In this document: one piece after another, positions 26,836 to 39,350 of the stretch
How positions within the stretch are numbered: the stretch's first letter is position 1
Layout: each line of letters begins with the position of its first letter
Source: Dimorphilus gyrociliatus
Taxonomy: Eukaryota > Animalia > Annelida
Assembly (NCBI GenBank): GCA_904063045.1
Contig: CAJFCJ010000022.1
Span: 124,001 to 188,000 of the forward strand
Direction: 5' to 3'
DNA: 64,000 nucleotides
The notes under the pieces: model-generated
What the model was told of the DNA's origin: nothing
The model's input: only the letters and a program-made list of their open reading frames with translations
The model's database searches: none
Program-made: the position numbers and the translations under genes

Positions 26836-27592
26836 TAAGGAATTATTCTGCTTTGAAAAAAAACAAAATGGAGAAGAAAGCCTATAACTTAAAGTTTCTT
26901 GTACTTGTTGGAAGTTTGTTTATATAAGTGTTAATGTTAACTGAAAAGAAAGCACATTTTAAGAAATACAAAGTTATCAGATCACAGTTAAACTTGTTGT
27001 CGTTGACTAATACTTCATAATCGTTAGGTGTCTCTGCCGATACTTGTTCGGTATTTTGCCAAATGTAAACTTAACTGCCGTACCATACAAGTGAAACCAA
27101 TGTCTGACGGCCTATAAAGGGCTTTGTATTATATGTATGCTAATTCCTTTTAAAAAGAAAAAGAAGAATAAAGAAGAGATTTATCTACAGTCTAAAAAGA
27201 AAACACCGAGAACTTCTCAAGTGTTCTTAATGGAACGACAAAAAAAGGAAAAAAATGAGGTACGCTGTTTATACTGTACTGCACAATTTACAGTACACAT
27301 TATGATTACAATAGGCCGTTGTCCTCTCTTTTCGTATTCTTTATCTCCTTCCTTCTTATTTAATTAAATATCCATTATCTTAAACAATAAAATATGCTAT
27401 AAATTTATACTTTATATAAAAAATTAATGTTAAAACTTTCTTCATTTTTGTAATAAGAAAAAAAAAACTAAAATAAAAATAACATTTAAAAGAAAATGAA
27501 AAAGTTTTTATATGAAAATAATTGAATACTTTTTGTTAAAGATAACTATTTTGTCAGTTTATCATCTTTTATCTTTTTCAGCAAAATATACA

Positions 27593-29259
27593 TCACAAGT
27601 CTAAATAGTTTAATAAGTCTTCATTTAAAATTGGACTAGATTTTGAAGCTAACTCGAATTTATACCATTTTTCAAGCTCATTTTGAATATTGTGAGGCAA
27701 AAGATACCACCAATCCCTTAAAGTATAGACAACGTTTAGCGCTAATCTTTTCAAAGGTTTTGTTGTAAACATATGTTCCTTTACAGCAGTGGCCGGCTAA
27801 GCATTGATAAAGAAATAATTGATTATTACGTAAGTTAACTTTAAAAGTGTACACTCACTGAGAGAGACTCTTCACCATATTCTGCATGAGTTGATCCACC
27901 AATTGATAAAACTGATCCGTAAACTGTAGGAACTGAAACGTGATAACACCTGGGCTCGACTTCGCCTGATGATAACCTGGTCCAGGTATTCTTATCCAAA
28001 TCGTATATCCATTCGTCGGCTACAATGAAATTGAAAATGAAGCTGCTCGTGTTTTCTAATTATCAATTTTGCTGATAAAAACTTACCTAAACCCTCGTAC
28101 TCGTCGGATAAACCTCCACACAAGAAAAGTGAATTTATATGATTTACATATGTAAGACTATGCTGATATCGTGCAGGAGGTCTGCTCCCGCTAATGTCAT
28201 TAAGTATTCTCCATGTAAAATTTGTCATATCAAGGACGTAAAAGTCGTCCATAGGTAGACCATATTCGCTACCAGAACCATTCCCGCCAAATAAATATAG
28301 TTTGTCCCGAACCAAAGCGCAAGCGTATCGGCTTCTTGGAGAAGGAACGTCTCCGTGACTCTCAACATCTTCCCATAGCTTTTCATTCAAATCGAAAGAC
28401 AATAATTGATTAGTCCAGCTGCAACCTAAATAGATAATGATAATAAAAAAAACAGAGTAGGAATGAAAAAACGAATACAAGATAATATAAAAGAGATAAG
28501 CAACCGTCTAATTCGTGTCTGACAAACTTTTTGGAATTTTTCCTAAACCATGAGAGTACTTCGCTAGAGCTTTCTTCCTCGTTTTGAACATCGGTATAAC
28601 CACCAAACAAATATATTCTTTTGAATGGACATATTGTTAGAAACGATAGAGAAAAGAACATAAGAACAAAATGAAATAGAACGTTTACTTGTCATTATAA
28701 AACCAGCTTTGGTATACTGTATAAATAGCTTTTTCTGGAATTTCGTGAGATGCTTCAGAAGGCATAATCTGTTGCCAATGCGTACCATTCATCTTCCACA
28801 GCGGTGTTACTAATAAATGCGTTCTATATCCACCACTAATTATTATATCGTTATTACTTTGAATTATTGTTTCAACATTATTCCAAGTTTTAAGACCTCT
28901 AATTCTGGCTGGAAAGCTTGCAAAGAGTGTTGCACTACCAGTAAATAGATTAATTAACTAATCAATTAAATAGGATAATTTATAACTAACCACTTCTTAA
29001 GCTCAATATGATATAAAGTTACAATTCCCTCCTTTATTGTCCTTTCTTTACCAAATCTCTAATTAACAATTTCGAAAGAAATCGGTTATAAAAATTATTA
29101 ACAATTACATACAAAATAATCAATATGTAAACAAACATTTAGGCCAATTCCTCCCATAATAATAACAACATCACCAATTGCTTTGGCACAATGGCCTATT
29201 CTCTCCAAGTTCTGAGGGAAATTTGTTTCGTGATCGTCGAGAATATGCCTGGAAGCCAT
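27593..29259 (-). CDS. Kelch-domain protein, KLHDC1/2-like, with a C-terminal BC/cullin (SOCS-like) box; 6 exons
   Basis: Spliced blades read ERIGHCAKAIGDVVIIMGG, IIISGGY..LWKMNGTHW, RIYLFGGY, PSPRSRYACALVRDKLYLFGG, PPARYQHSLTYV..LFLCGG and EPRCYHVSV..VLSIGG. The C-terminus reads FTTKPLKRLALNVVY..WWYLLPHNIQNEL. Confidence 0.8.
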
Positions 29260-29750
29260 AATTCTTTCCCTCTTTATTTCTGAAGGTTACAATTCAAGAG
29301 TTAGATATGAGTGTTATTACGTAATTGTTTGTTATATAATAACAAGATAAGAATAATCTAGTAAATTATGGTTTTATTTGTTATTGTATATACTGTATAC
29401 GTTTCATAAACATATTAACATTTTGTATTGATTATTAGACTTGAAATAAAGATTACTTACTTTTAAAAAAATGAATAAATAATATTTTTTGGGCTGATTA
29501 CTTTAGTTCACTGTGATTAGAATGACGATTTACCAGGCACATCATATTTTTATTAGAACTGTGCCGAAGTTTAAAGATTCTGTAAGCGTGGTTTTATCAC
29601 GACAGCCGTGGTTATAATGACATAGTCGGTATGACTAAAATTTGTTCAATTGTCGGTATAGCTAGATTTATAAACAAATAAAGATTGTATTATTGTATTG
29701 AAATTAATATGATGAAAAATATATTTTTTTTATTACAAAGATTATAGGCA

Positions 29751-30308
29751 TCAACGTTTAAGTCTACTCGCAAGCAGTATGTCTTTAGGCATGATAGTAA
29801 CACGTCTAGCATGAATACAACATAGATTAGTATCTTCGAAAAGTTGAACAATGTACGCTTCGGCTGCTTCCTGGAAAGTAGGGTAGGGCGGGTAGATAGG
29901 TAGGTAGATGTAGATAGATGGGATAGAATGATAAAAAAAATGAAGTAAATTGAAAAAAATCGTCATTATCAATTCAAGTCGCCTAATTACCTGTAGACAG
30001 TCTAGAGCTAGACATTGAAATCTAATATCTGCTTGAAATTCAATTGCAATTTCTCTAACTAAACGTTGAAACGGTAATTTTCTAATTAGTAGCTCGGTTG
30101 ACTTTTGGTAGCGTCTTATCTCCTTAATGGCCAGGGTCTTCCTATAGGCAATCCTCCTCCTAACATTCCTAGCAGGAACACTCTGTTCCTCCCTTGTTTC
30201 CTCCGATGTGTCTTCCTGTTTGCAACTGTGTTTGGACTTTTTAGCCGACACTAATAAATCTTTGACAGAGCCTAAAGTTGACTTTCTAGCAGTTTGCTTT
30301 ATTCTCAT
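29751..30308 (-). CDS. Divergent histone H3 variant with one 120-nt intron (29871-29990)
   Basis: ATG 30308 gives [11 protein letters not shown]...[26 protein letters not shown]...LQ|[31 protein letters not shown]. The splice sites are gtaatt and ttccag. AATAAA lies ~17 nt after the stop, and I see no histone stem-loop. Confidence 0.93.
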   Translation of the reverse strand: MRIKQTARKSTLGSVKDLLVSAKKSKHSCKQEDTSEETREEQSVPARNVRRRIAYRKTLAIKEIRRYQKSTELLIRKLPFQRLVREIAIEFQADIRFQCLALDCLQVIRRLELIMTIFFNLLHFFYHSIPSIYIYLPIYPPYPTFQEAAEAYIVQLFEDTNLCCIHARRVTIMPKDILLASRLKR

Positions 30309-31205
30309 AATATTCAACTGTTTCTGGTGAATTAAAGTGGCTGAAAAAAGTTTTAAACTATTTCAAACAATTATATAAATGTTACACTATAAGATATTAC
30401 ATTATTATTTACAAAATACCATCAATTAGTACTATTTAAAAGAGACTCAAAAAGTAGCGTGGGACGATAAGCACGTTACCCCAGCAATCTGAGTTCTAAT
30501 TATTCAATTAAGTGTTTCGTTGATGGTGATTGGATAAGCTTACCCAAAAAGCGGAAGACAAAAAAAGTAATGAGCAACTGTCAACTTATTTAAGACAAAG
30601 ATTAAAGTTACGTAATTTTTTTATTAAATTATTAAATTATTAAAATATTAAACTTAATTAAAATATATGTTAAGAATAAAAAATTTAAGTTATAATAATG
30701 AAATGATTTTCGTATAAACTTAATTAATATTGTTTTGCTAGTAACAAGTCGCGTGCATGTTGACATATACAGTACATAGGTTCAATAGAAAGTAACCATT
30801 AAAATAAAGATTATGGAATATGAACAAAAGTCCCATACACTTAGATATCAACATTTATTTTATTATCGTTACCATTGCGTTTTAGACTCGACTTTACTTT
30901 TTGCAATTATATATATCGCCTAGCGACTTTACTTGAAATTAATATGGTAATTAATTTATTATTATATAATATATGAAATTATAATTTATTCATATTAAAA
31001 AATAAATGATTTCTTATTTAAAAAGAATGAAAAAATATATTTATTAATATTACAGATTAATATATTCAAAATATTACTCTTTCTCTTTACATTCTTCATA
31101 GACAGATAGATTATTAGATCATTTGTTTAAGATATATAAAGTTATATCGTAAACTATAATATATAAACAGAAATTAGGTTAAGAAAGATGTAGTATTGGG
31201 TACCA

Positions 31206-32097
31206 TTATTCATCAAATCTGGTGTAAGGAACATCGTTCTTTTTCAATCCTGTTCAATATTAAAGATTATTTAATGGTTATATTATACAGGTATATTGAT
31301 TTTCAAAACTAACCATATTTAGTTCTAATTTCATCTCGTTTCTTTTCTCTTTCCGCTTTTTTCTCTGCGTTTGCCGCCAATCTTTCGCTCCTTTGTCTAT
31401 CTTCTCTAGCTTCTTCTTTCGCTAACCTGTTAAAAGAATAGATCTGAAATATTGACTCTTGAAATTCACGGAATAATTCAATTAAAATAGTAATGTAATT
31501 CAAACCTTCTTCTCATTCTTGAACCTCCACTTCTGCAACAGCAGCAGTATATGCAGCAGATTGTCATTAGAATAATCAAAATTCCTGCACATACCATGCA
31601 TATAATAAGAACCAATACATTAACTGAAATGAATAATCAATTGTTATAGCAACTATTCAGCAAATGTATTTAAAAACTAGCTTACTTGAGCAGCTGAAAT
31701 ATTTAGCATCATTCAAAGAACAGACTTTACTCGATGGTATGGATCCGGAAAATTTTATGCAGCTGGGTGTTTTGCTTGAACACCATAAGCATTGCTGTTC
31801 AACAAAAAATAGTATACAATTGATTTCAAAGATATCGATTAAGACATGAGATATTGTAAAATATGTAATTTAGGTAATAAATACCGAAAATTTCATCGAT
31901 GTACAGTCCTTACAAGTAGTTTGGGTGGCACAGCTATCTATGATTAGCAGTCATTATTTCTATGAATAATTGTCACAGTATTCCGAAAATGTATATTTAC
32001 CATTCTGGGGTTTTGGTGTTGTTGAAATGTTGGCACTTTCACTAAATGCAACGTGAAAAGTGTAAATAACTAAAACGCTTATTAGTAGTTTAATCAT
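31206..32097 (-). CDS. PTTG1IP: PTTG1-interacting protein (PBF)-like type I membrane protein; 6 exons
   Basis: Signal peptide MIKLLISVLVIYTFHVAFS, PSI domain (DSCATQTTCKDCTSMKFS|QCLWCSSK..VCSLNDAKYFSC), TM followed by ICCIYCCCCR, coiled coil REDRQRSER..KRDEIRTKYG, and end LKKNDVPYTRFDE* (YxxF sorting motif). Confidence 0.9.
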
Positions 32098-32153
32098 CGT
32101 TTATCACTCGATTTTAGACTTTAGTGTTTTGTTTACTTCTGCCTTTCTCAAAA

Positions 32154-32201
32154 CCGGAAGTAGGTTAAACTGCGGTGCTATAGGGATTGGAAGCACGTGA
32201 C
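32154..32201 (-). promoter_or_regulatory. PTTG1IP proximal promoter: ETS site (CCGGAAGT, 32154-32161) and E/M-box (GTCACGTG on the minus strand, 32194-32201)
   Basis: Exact motif matches 57-104 nt upstream of the ATG in otherwise AT-rich DNA. Confidence 0.5.
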
Positions 32202-33242
32202 AATGAAAAATGGCTATCAGGCGGCAAAGTTTATATAATATAAAAAATAGATAATAAATACAACTAAATCAAATATTCTAAAAAAGATATTAAATTTGAA
32301 TGAAAAATAATATTTATTAGCTACAAACAAAAACAAAGGCGTATTAATTAAATTACATTTAACAATTAACAATGTAAATTTCTTGCAGCATTTATAAAAA
32401 CGTAGAAGAAAAAAAAGAAATCTTCAATAAGTAACGACTTTTCTTAAGAATAACATTAGCTACATTTATTTTTTTCCCTATGTCTATTGAATAACATATA
32501 TTATGTATATATATATCATACAGAAAGTATAATACAACTTAAACAAAAGGTCATACACACTGAGGTAGGTAGAGAAGGAGGAATAGAGAATGAAAAATGA
32601 ATGGAAAGAAAGTACCATAGAAAAAGGAAAGATATAATATGTAAAAATAATATTAATATACTCAAGTTATTATAAAATTACCAATTAAAATGACATTAAA
32701 TAGCTAAAAACTTGAACGAATGAATAATCTGATTTATAATGAAGTATATTCATCGAATTTCAATAAAAATCCTTTTAATACCGTATTCGGTGTAAAAAAA
32801 AAGCCATATACTTAAAGCAATCTGTTATTATTTATGTTATTATTACTTTTCTTATTAGCATATCTATCTTATTTTTAAGTTTCTTGGAAATATTACATAA
32901 TAACAAAGGTATTAACACGAGTATTGCGTTGATTAAAGTTCGTCAAAGCAATAAGGTTCCTGGTGGATAGTTTTCTCGTCTTTTTTTTTACAAGAGGGTC
33001 ACAAGTTGAAAACACTTGTATAAGAACTTTAAATGAGGAGAAAATCTAGAATTTAGGTCATAATTTTCGAAAATCAATGCTATTTTTTTTCCTGTTTTTT
33101 ATCCTTCTTCCCTTTGTTTTTTAAGAAATATTAACATTAAGCGATTAGAAAGGAATGGATAATGTATCTATTGATTTATAAATAGTTTATAAAAGGGAAC
33201 ACCAAGGTGTTAGGCACATTTATTCCTTTACGAAATACTGCG

Positions 33243-34292
33243 ATGGAGAATTCAACAATGAATAAAACTTGCGCTAACAAGATTCTATCTTCTCCAACAA
33301 GTTTACCATTTATAGTTGGTTTTTTGGCAAATATATGTTCATCAACAGTTGTTACACTAGTATCTAAGAAGCATAAAGTTCCTTTGACTATTAAACTTAT
33401 ATCGTACAACGATCTAATTAATTGTTTCCTATATGTTTTCTTTATCATGTTTAATACGTTCACTTGCGATCGCTACGGACATTCTAACTTTTGTAACGTT
33501 GGAGGGATGTTGGCTTTAACGTCGTTATTCTGGTCTATACACCTGGTTTGTCTAATGTCTGTTGAAAGGGCTATTATGATTAATAGTCCAATTTTTCATA
33601 GAACATTTTGTACCGGAAGGAATATGTATATAATTTTATCAGCTGTAATCCTATATACTACAGATATATTATACTCTGTTTTACCACTTTTCGGCTTTGC
33701 GCAACCCTACGTCTACTACGATAAGAATAGATTGTGTACAATTGTTCTCACGGCATCTAAAACCAACAAAGAACAAAACGCTTATATTTTATATTTTGGT
33801 ATAAATCACGTTATTTCGTCAATTATTACAGTAGCGTCTAACATCTTAATTGCTTGCAAATTGAAGAAAAATAGAGTAGCCGATATTAAAAGGGAAAAGA
33901 TGGAAAAAAAGAATCAAATTGCCCTATTAACAAAAGTTATTGCTTTGGTCAATTGTCTACTAAACTTACCCTTTGGCGTAAGGGATTATTATAATATAAT
34001 TATTATTTAATGAATATTCATTATATATCATATTTTACTAATATTGTTTTTTCCTGTGTAGGTTAAATTTCTTGTTGATGTTGCTAGACAAAGCGAAGAT
34101 TTAACTAATAATATTGAAACGGAAATTTCTACTGGTTTAATCGTTTCAACATCAATTATAAATCCGGTTTTATATATTTGTTTTAATAGATTATTTCGTG
34201 AATATGTGAAAAATCGACTGTTCAAATTGTTTACGTTATGTCATATAAACAAAAAATCTTCTGGAAATAGTTCAAGCTGTTTGGCTAATTAA
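33243..34292 (+). CDS. Prostanoid-receptor-like class A GPCR; 2 exons (intron 33978-34061)
   Basis: Contains FCNVGGMLALTSLFWSIHLVCLMSVERAIMINSPIFH and NPVLY. The intron falls at the end of TM6 (LNLPFG|VKFLV), which is the position typical of prostanoid receptor genes. Confidence 0.75.
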
Positions 34293-34748
34293 TTTACATC
34301 GCATTATCATTTTCCTCCCACTTTTCCTTTTTAACCTTAAGTTGTGAACATTTTACTTGTTATTTAAATATAAAAATATGCTCTTCACCTTCCTCTTTTT
34401 ATCTCTCTGCTTTGAATAAATATTCCATTTTATCAAGAACATCTCGTTCAACCTTAGTTTCGCTTCTATAGTATTCAATAGAAGTCTCTTCAATAGTAAT
34501 AATCGACTTTTTCAAAACAGTTTGTGAAATATTCAAAATATCGGATATGAAAACTGGTAGATACCATAGAGCATATGACGTCTACAACAAACACCTCGAA
34601 TATTTCTTGCTTATTTATCTTAATTCGAGTGATTTAACACAAAAACTCAAAAGTTAATTTATTAATTTCAATTTGTAAGAGCTTCTATTCATTTTTTAAG
34701 GATTGACATATCTCTAGTGCGTTGCATTTACTAATCACTACACCTTCC

Positions 34749-35034
34749 ATGGATGAATTGGAAAGGTAAGATTTCATTTTATTTGCTGTATAAATATTTA
34801 CTAATATGTAGGAAACTTGTCATCTTATTAAACATAAGGATAATTAATTTGCATATTTGTCAATTAACCATTTGATTATCATTTTAATCGTGCTACTTGG
34901 AAACTTTTGCTGTCAATTGGAAGACAATATACAATGAGTCAAGCTTTATCTGATAATTATATTACAGAAATGAAGAGGAGGAGCAAGAGCAAAATATAGA
35001 AAATGCTAACGAAGAAGAGGAGCAAGAAAACGAA

Positions 35035-35069
<35 letters not shown>

Positions 35070-38000
35070 GGATGAAGATGAAAAGTTAAAAGATTTTGTA
35101 AGTGATCTATTACAATTGGTACGTTCAGAAGATATTGAAACAATAAAAGAACTGTGTGAATCACGACCGGATATTGGCTATTTAAGTCAACAAATAGACG
35201 TAACTGGGTGGTCATCAATAACTTTGGCAGCTGAATTAGGTAACAATGATATCTTAGCCTTATTTCTCACCGAAGGAGCGTCGGTGAGGTCAAGAAATTC
35301 GGCCGGAAGTTCTAGTCTTCTACACTGCGCATGTGCAAATGGGCATATTCATACTGTTGAATTTTTGTTGAAAAATGGATATTCATTAGAAGATTTTACG
35401 GAAACAGATGGAGAAGGTAAAAATGAAAAGAGATATTTTTTTCACAATGTTTATACTTGTTTTTTAAATGTAAATAGACTGTTTACTTAGTATTACTATT
35501 TGTTTTTCTTTCTATTAGCAGCTTAAGTTTGAATTGTAAAGAAGGAAAAATTGAAAAATAGCTTTAAAAAATTTAAAATACTATTACATTTTTGTAAAAA
35601 TATGAATATTAATTAGTTCATTATATCCATTAATGTTTTTTTACTTGTAGGTTGGAATGCTTTGCATTGCGCTGCTGATGGAGGACATCCAGAAATGATA
35701 CAGAAATTATTAGAATATAAGTTAGATGTTAACTCGAAAGCGACAGATGGAGCAACACCTCTTTATTTAGCGGCACAAAATAATTTTGCCGTTATCGTTC
35801 AAATTCTATTAGAAGCTGGAGCTGATGAAAATATGACAGATGATGAACAATGGCGCCCTCTACACGCCGCTGCATCTAATGGTTCAGTTGATAGTATAAT
35901 AGTTTTATTAGCTGCAAGTGGAGCCAAAGATGTCAATACTCAGAATTCAGCAGGTGTTACTGCATTATATTTGGCTAGTCAACAAGGACACTCGACTACC
36001 TGCAAAGTTTTACTAGATCACGCCGCAGCGGCAAATCTTGCTGAAACGGACGAAGGTTAGCTTTTGAACATAGAAAAATCCAATAGGTCTTTTATTTTCG
36101 GTTAAATAAACCGGTCTTTTCACGTTTCGGCACCTAAATACAAATAACATTGTTTATTCTTTCCGTTTAACGCAATTGCAAACACAACTTCAGGTGAGAA
36201 ATTTAACAATATGAACCGTTAAGTAGTTAATCCGTTCTTAGTCATTCGACCATAATAGAAATACCTTAATTTGACCAAAACACCAAACTATAAATTGAAA
36301 TATATCTTTCATCTTTTATTTTTAATGCCAGAGGTTTATCTCTAATTTTTCTTTTTACAGGTTTTGCGCCAATTCACGTGGCAAGTCAGAATGGTCATTT
36401 CGATACTGTTCGTACTTTAATAGCCGGAAATGCAGATAAAGATTTACCCGTTGCAGCTAATATGTGGCGACCATTACATTATGCTGCTCAAGAGGGTCAT
36501 GTGAGCATAGCCGAGCTTTTAATTAAGTATGGGGCTGATGTAAACACTAAAACTTCTGAGGGTCATTCACCTCTACATGTTGCCTCAGAAAATGGCCATT
36601 CAGATGTTGTTGAATTATTATTAAAAAATAGAGCAGATATTGAGGCAAAAGACGGTTTGGGATGGACTGCTCTCTTCCACGCAGCTCAAAATGGCCACTC
36701 AGATGTGCTAAACATTCTACTGAATAATAGGGCCAACGTAAATGCAAAGACAAAACAGGGTCATACACCTCTTTTGGTAGCCGTTCAGAATGAAAGCCCT
36801 GAATGTGTCCAATTATTGATAGAAAACGACGCAATTGTAAGTGTACAGGAAGAGGAAAATGGTCTAACGCCTCTTCACGCAGCATGCCAATCAGAATTCT
36901 GTGTGGAACTCATCGAAAAACTTCTTGCTTCTGATAAAGCTCTTCCAATAAATTATCAAGATAAAAGAGGTGACTATGAGGAAAATTCACTAAATAACGA
37001 ATATTTAGAACTTTTTTCTTTATTTATAGGCTGGTGTGCTTTGCATTATTCCGCTGAAATAGGAAATGTTGACGCTTTAAGACTCCTATTAGACATTCCA
37101 GGAATTCAAATTGATGTTCAAAATGTAGGTGGTAGAACACCTTTATGGATAGCCTCTTCTTCTGGTCATGCAGACTGCATTGATGATTTTTATATTCGCG
37201 GAAGTGATCCTTCACTAGTAGATTTCGACGGTTGGAGTTGTCTTCACGCTGCGGCTGCGGATGGTCACGCCGATATGATAAATGTTATATTAAACTTAAA
37301 AGATTTCGATATTCATATCGACAGAAAAACATATCATGGTTTCAGTGCTTTACATTTAGCCAGCCAAAGAGGTCACTTAGAAGTGGTCAAGCAGCTGGTT
37401 GAGTTTAAGGCAGATATTAATCTTGAAGACAATCATGGGCAAAAAACAATACATTTATGTAGCACGGTTGGACAACAAAAAGTTATTGAATATTTAGTTG
37501 AACTTGGAGCTTCGGTTGACGAACAAGATAATAATGGTTGGGGACCCCTTCATCACGCAACAAAACACAATAAAGAAGATACGGTTAGATTCCTTCTCAA
37601 ATCTAAAGCCGATGTCGACCTGCAAACCAAGGAATGCTATACCCCTCTAATGATTGCCAGTCAGCACGGCTACGAACCGTTAGTAACAATGTTCCTCGAA
37701 AATGATGCTCAGCCGAATCTTTTCGAAACAAGTGGTGTAACTGCACTACATGTTGCCGCAGATCAGGTGAAATTTAACACTAACTAATCAAAATTCATTT
37801 ATTAAACAATATAAGAAATTCAACTAAAACAAAAAAAAACACTTAACAGGGAAGAGACTCTATAGCTCGAGCGCTTCTCAATGCTGGAGCTGATCCAAAT
37901 GCTAAGACTACGGATGAATTAACTTCACTCTATTTGGCAGCAAAAAATTCTTTTCTTGAAGTTGTTCGTATCCTTTTGTTATCTGGAGCCGAGGTTAACG

Positions 38001-38801
38001 GAACAGTTTGCGGAGGATTTACTGCTCTTCATATTGCTGCTCAAAATGGTGATGAGGAGATTGTCGAAGTATTAATAGCCGCTGGAGCTTCAATAGCATG
38101 CGTTGATGAAGCTGCATGGTCAGCGTTATTTTTTGCTTGTCAATACGGTAAAACGGGGGTTGTAAAAAGATTATTAGAAACTGGGGCCAAGACAAATGTT
38201 CAAGGTTTGGATGGGGTTAGTCCTCTACTCTTAGCTGTTCATGGTGGTCATATTAAAGTAAGAAATGTTTTATTACATAACTATTTGTTTGCTAACCTTT
38301 TAAAATGATAATTATTTATAGATTGTTGAACTTTTGCTTATGGCTAATGCGGATGTCGACGTGGCAACTACATCGGGGCATAGTTGTATTGCAGTCGCCG
38401 CGGAAAGGGGTGATTTAGAATTAGCTCAATTGTTACTGTTTCACGGGGCCGATGTTAATGCGGCCGATGATCAAGGAATAACACCTCTTCATTTAGCATG
38501 TCGAAATGGACATCGTAAACTATCTGAATGTCTTTTAAAGGCGGGGGCTATGCCTGATATAAAAGCTAAAGGAAAGTTGACACCAGCAATGGCAGCTTAT
38601 CACAATGGTCATACGGATATAGTAAAATTACTAATAAAATACGGTGCAGCAACACCCAATAAAAAGGACAATCAAGGTGAAACTTGGGGTTCCTATTTCA
38701 AAGATATGTTCTCTAAAGCTTGGACCCAGAGCGTAAGAACATTAAACTTCGGTTACGGAAACGACCAGCAGGAATATATTGCGGTAGCTCAACATATTTA
38801 A
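34749..38801 (+). CDS. Ankyrin-repeat protein (~27 repeats) with a poly-Glu N-terminus; multi-exon
   Basis: MDELER|NEEEEQ..., then consecutive TPLH/ALH-type repeats across exons 34960-35416, 35651-36055, 36361-36969, 37030-37766, 37850-38257 and 38322-38801. Confidence 0.88.
35011..35090 (+). repeat. GAA/GAG trinucleotide run encoding poly-Glu
   Basis: gaagaagaagaag... lies in frame with the ankyrin gene. Confidence 0.85.
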
Positions 38802-39138
38802 AAGAATCGAATTTTGGTTGGTAAAAAAGGCAACAAGATATAGCAACAAAAATAAAAAAAACAATAGTAAAATAGAGTTTATTATTATTTATTTCTTTAT
38901 TCTTTCTTTTTGTTGGAAACGTTTGTGAAAATGAAGTTTAAAAAATATAAATAATCATTTTATTCTCCTTTTCGTTTAGTTTTTCTTTTCCTGTTATAGT
39001 ATACTTATCAATTGGTGCATTTACCTTAACTGATAAATATTTTCGCTATCTATCACCTTAATATTAAACATTTGTAAATAATAACGGTCTTTAAGATCAA
39101 TAAAATTGACCATTTGAGATACAGACTGCAGTAAAAGA

Positions 39139-39200
39139 ATGAATGAATGAATGAATGAATGAATGAGCGTAACAGAGAGAGAGAGAAAGAGAGAGAGAGA
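39139..39200. repeat. (GAAT)n and (GA)n simple repeats between convergent genes
   Basis: Direct repeats in the sequence. Confidence 0.85.
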
Positions 39201-39350
39201 CCGCTTTCCAAACAAACAAATACCTAGCATTAATCTTTATCGACCTGCAAAAATATCTACTCAAATCCCTGATCCTTTAAAAGTTCGACTAGGTTCAAAA
39301 AACAAGAGTCAATCACAAACGAAGGAGTTGGAAGAAAACAAATTAAGATA

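Noticed and set aside
29751-30317. Calling the H3 variant CENP-A, and using the 188-aa ORF as the protein
   Set aside because: CenH3 diagnostic substitutions are absent. The ORF starts at a TTG and reads through a 120-nt intron.
31309-31503. Complexin-like charged helix (EEAREDRQR..RDEIRTKYG)
   Set aside because: The upstream exons encode a signal peptide, PSI domain and TM, which identifies PTTG1IP instead.
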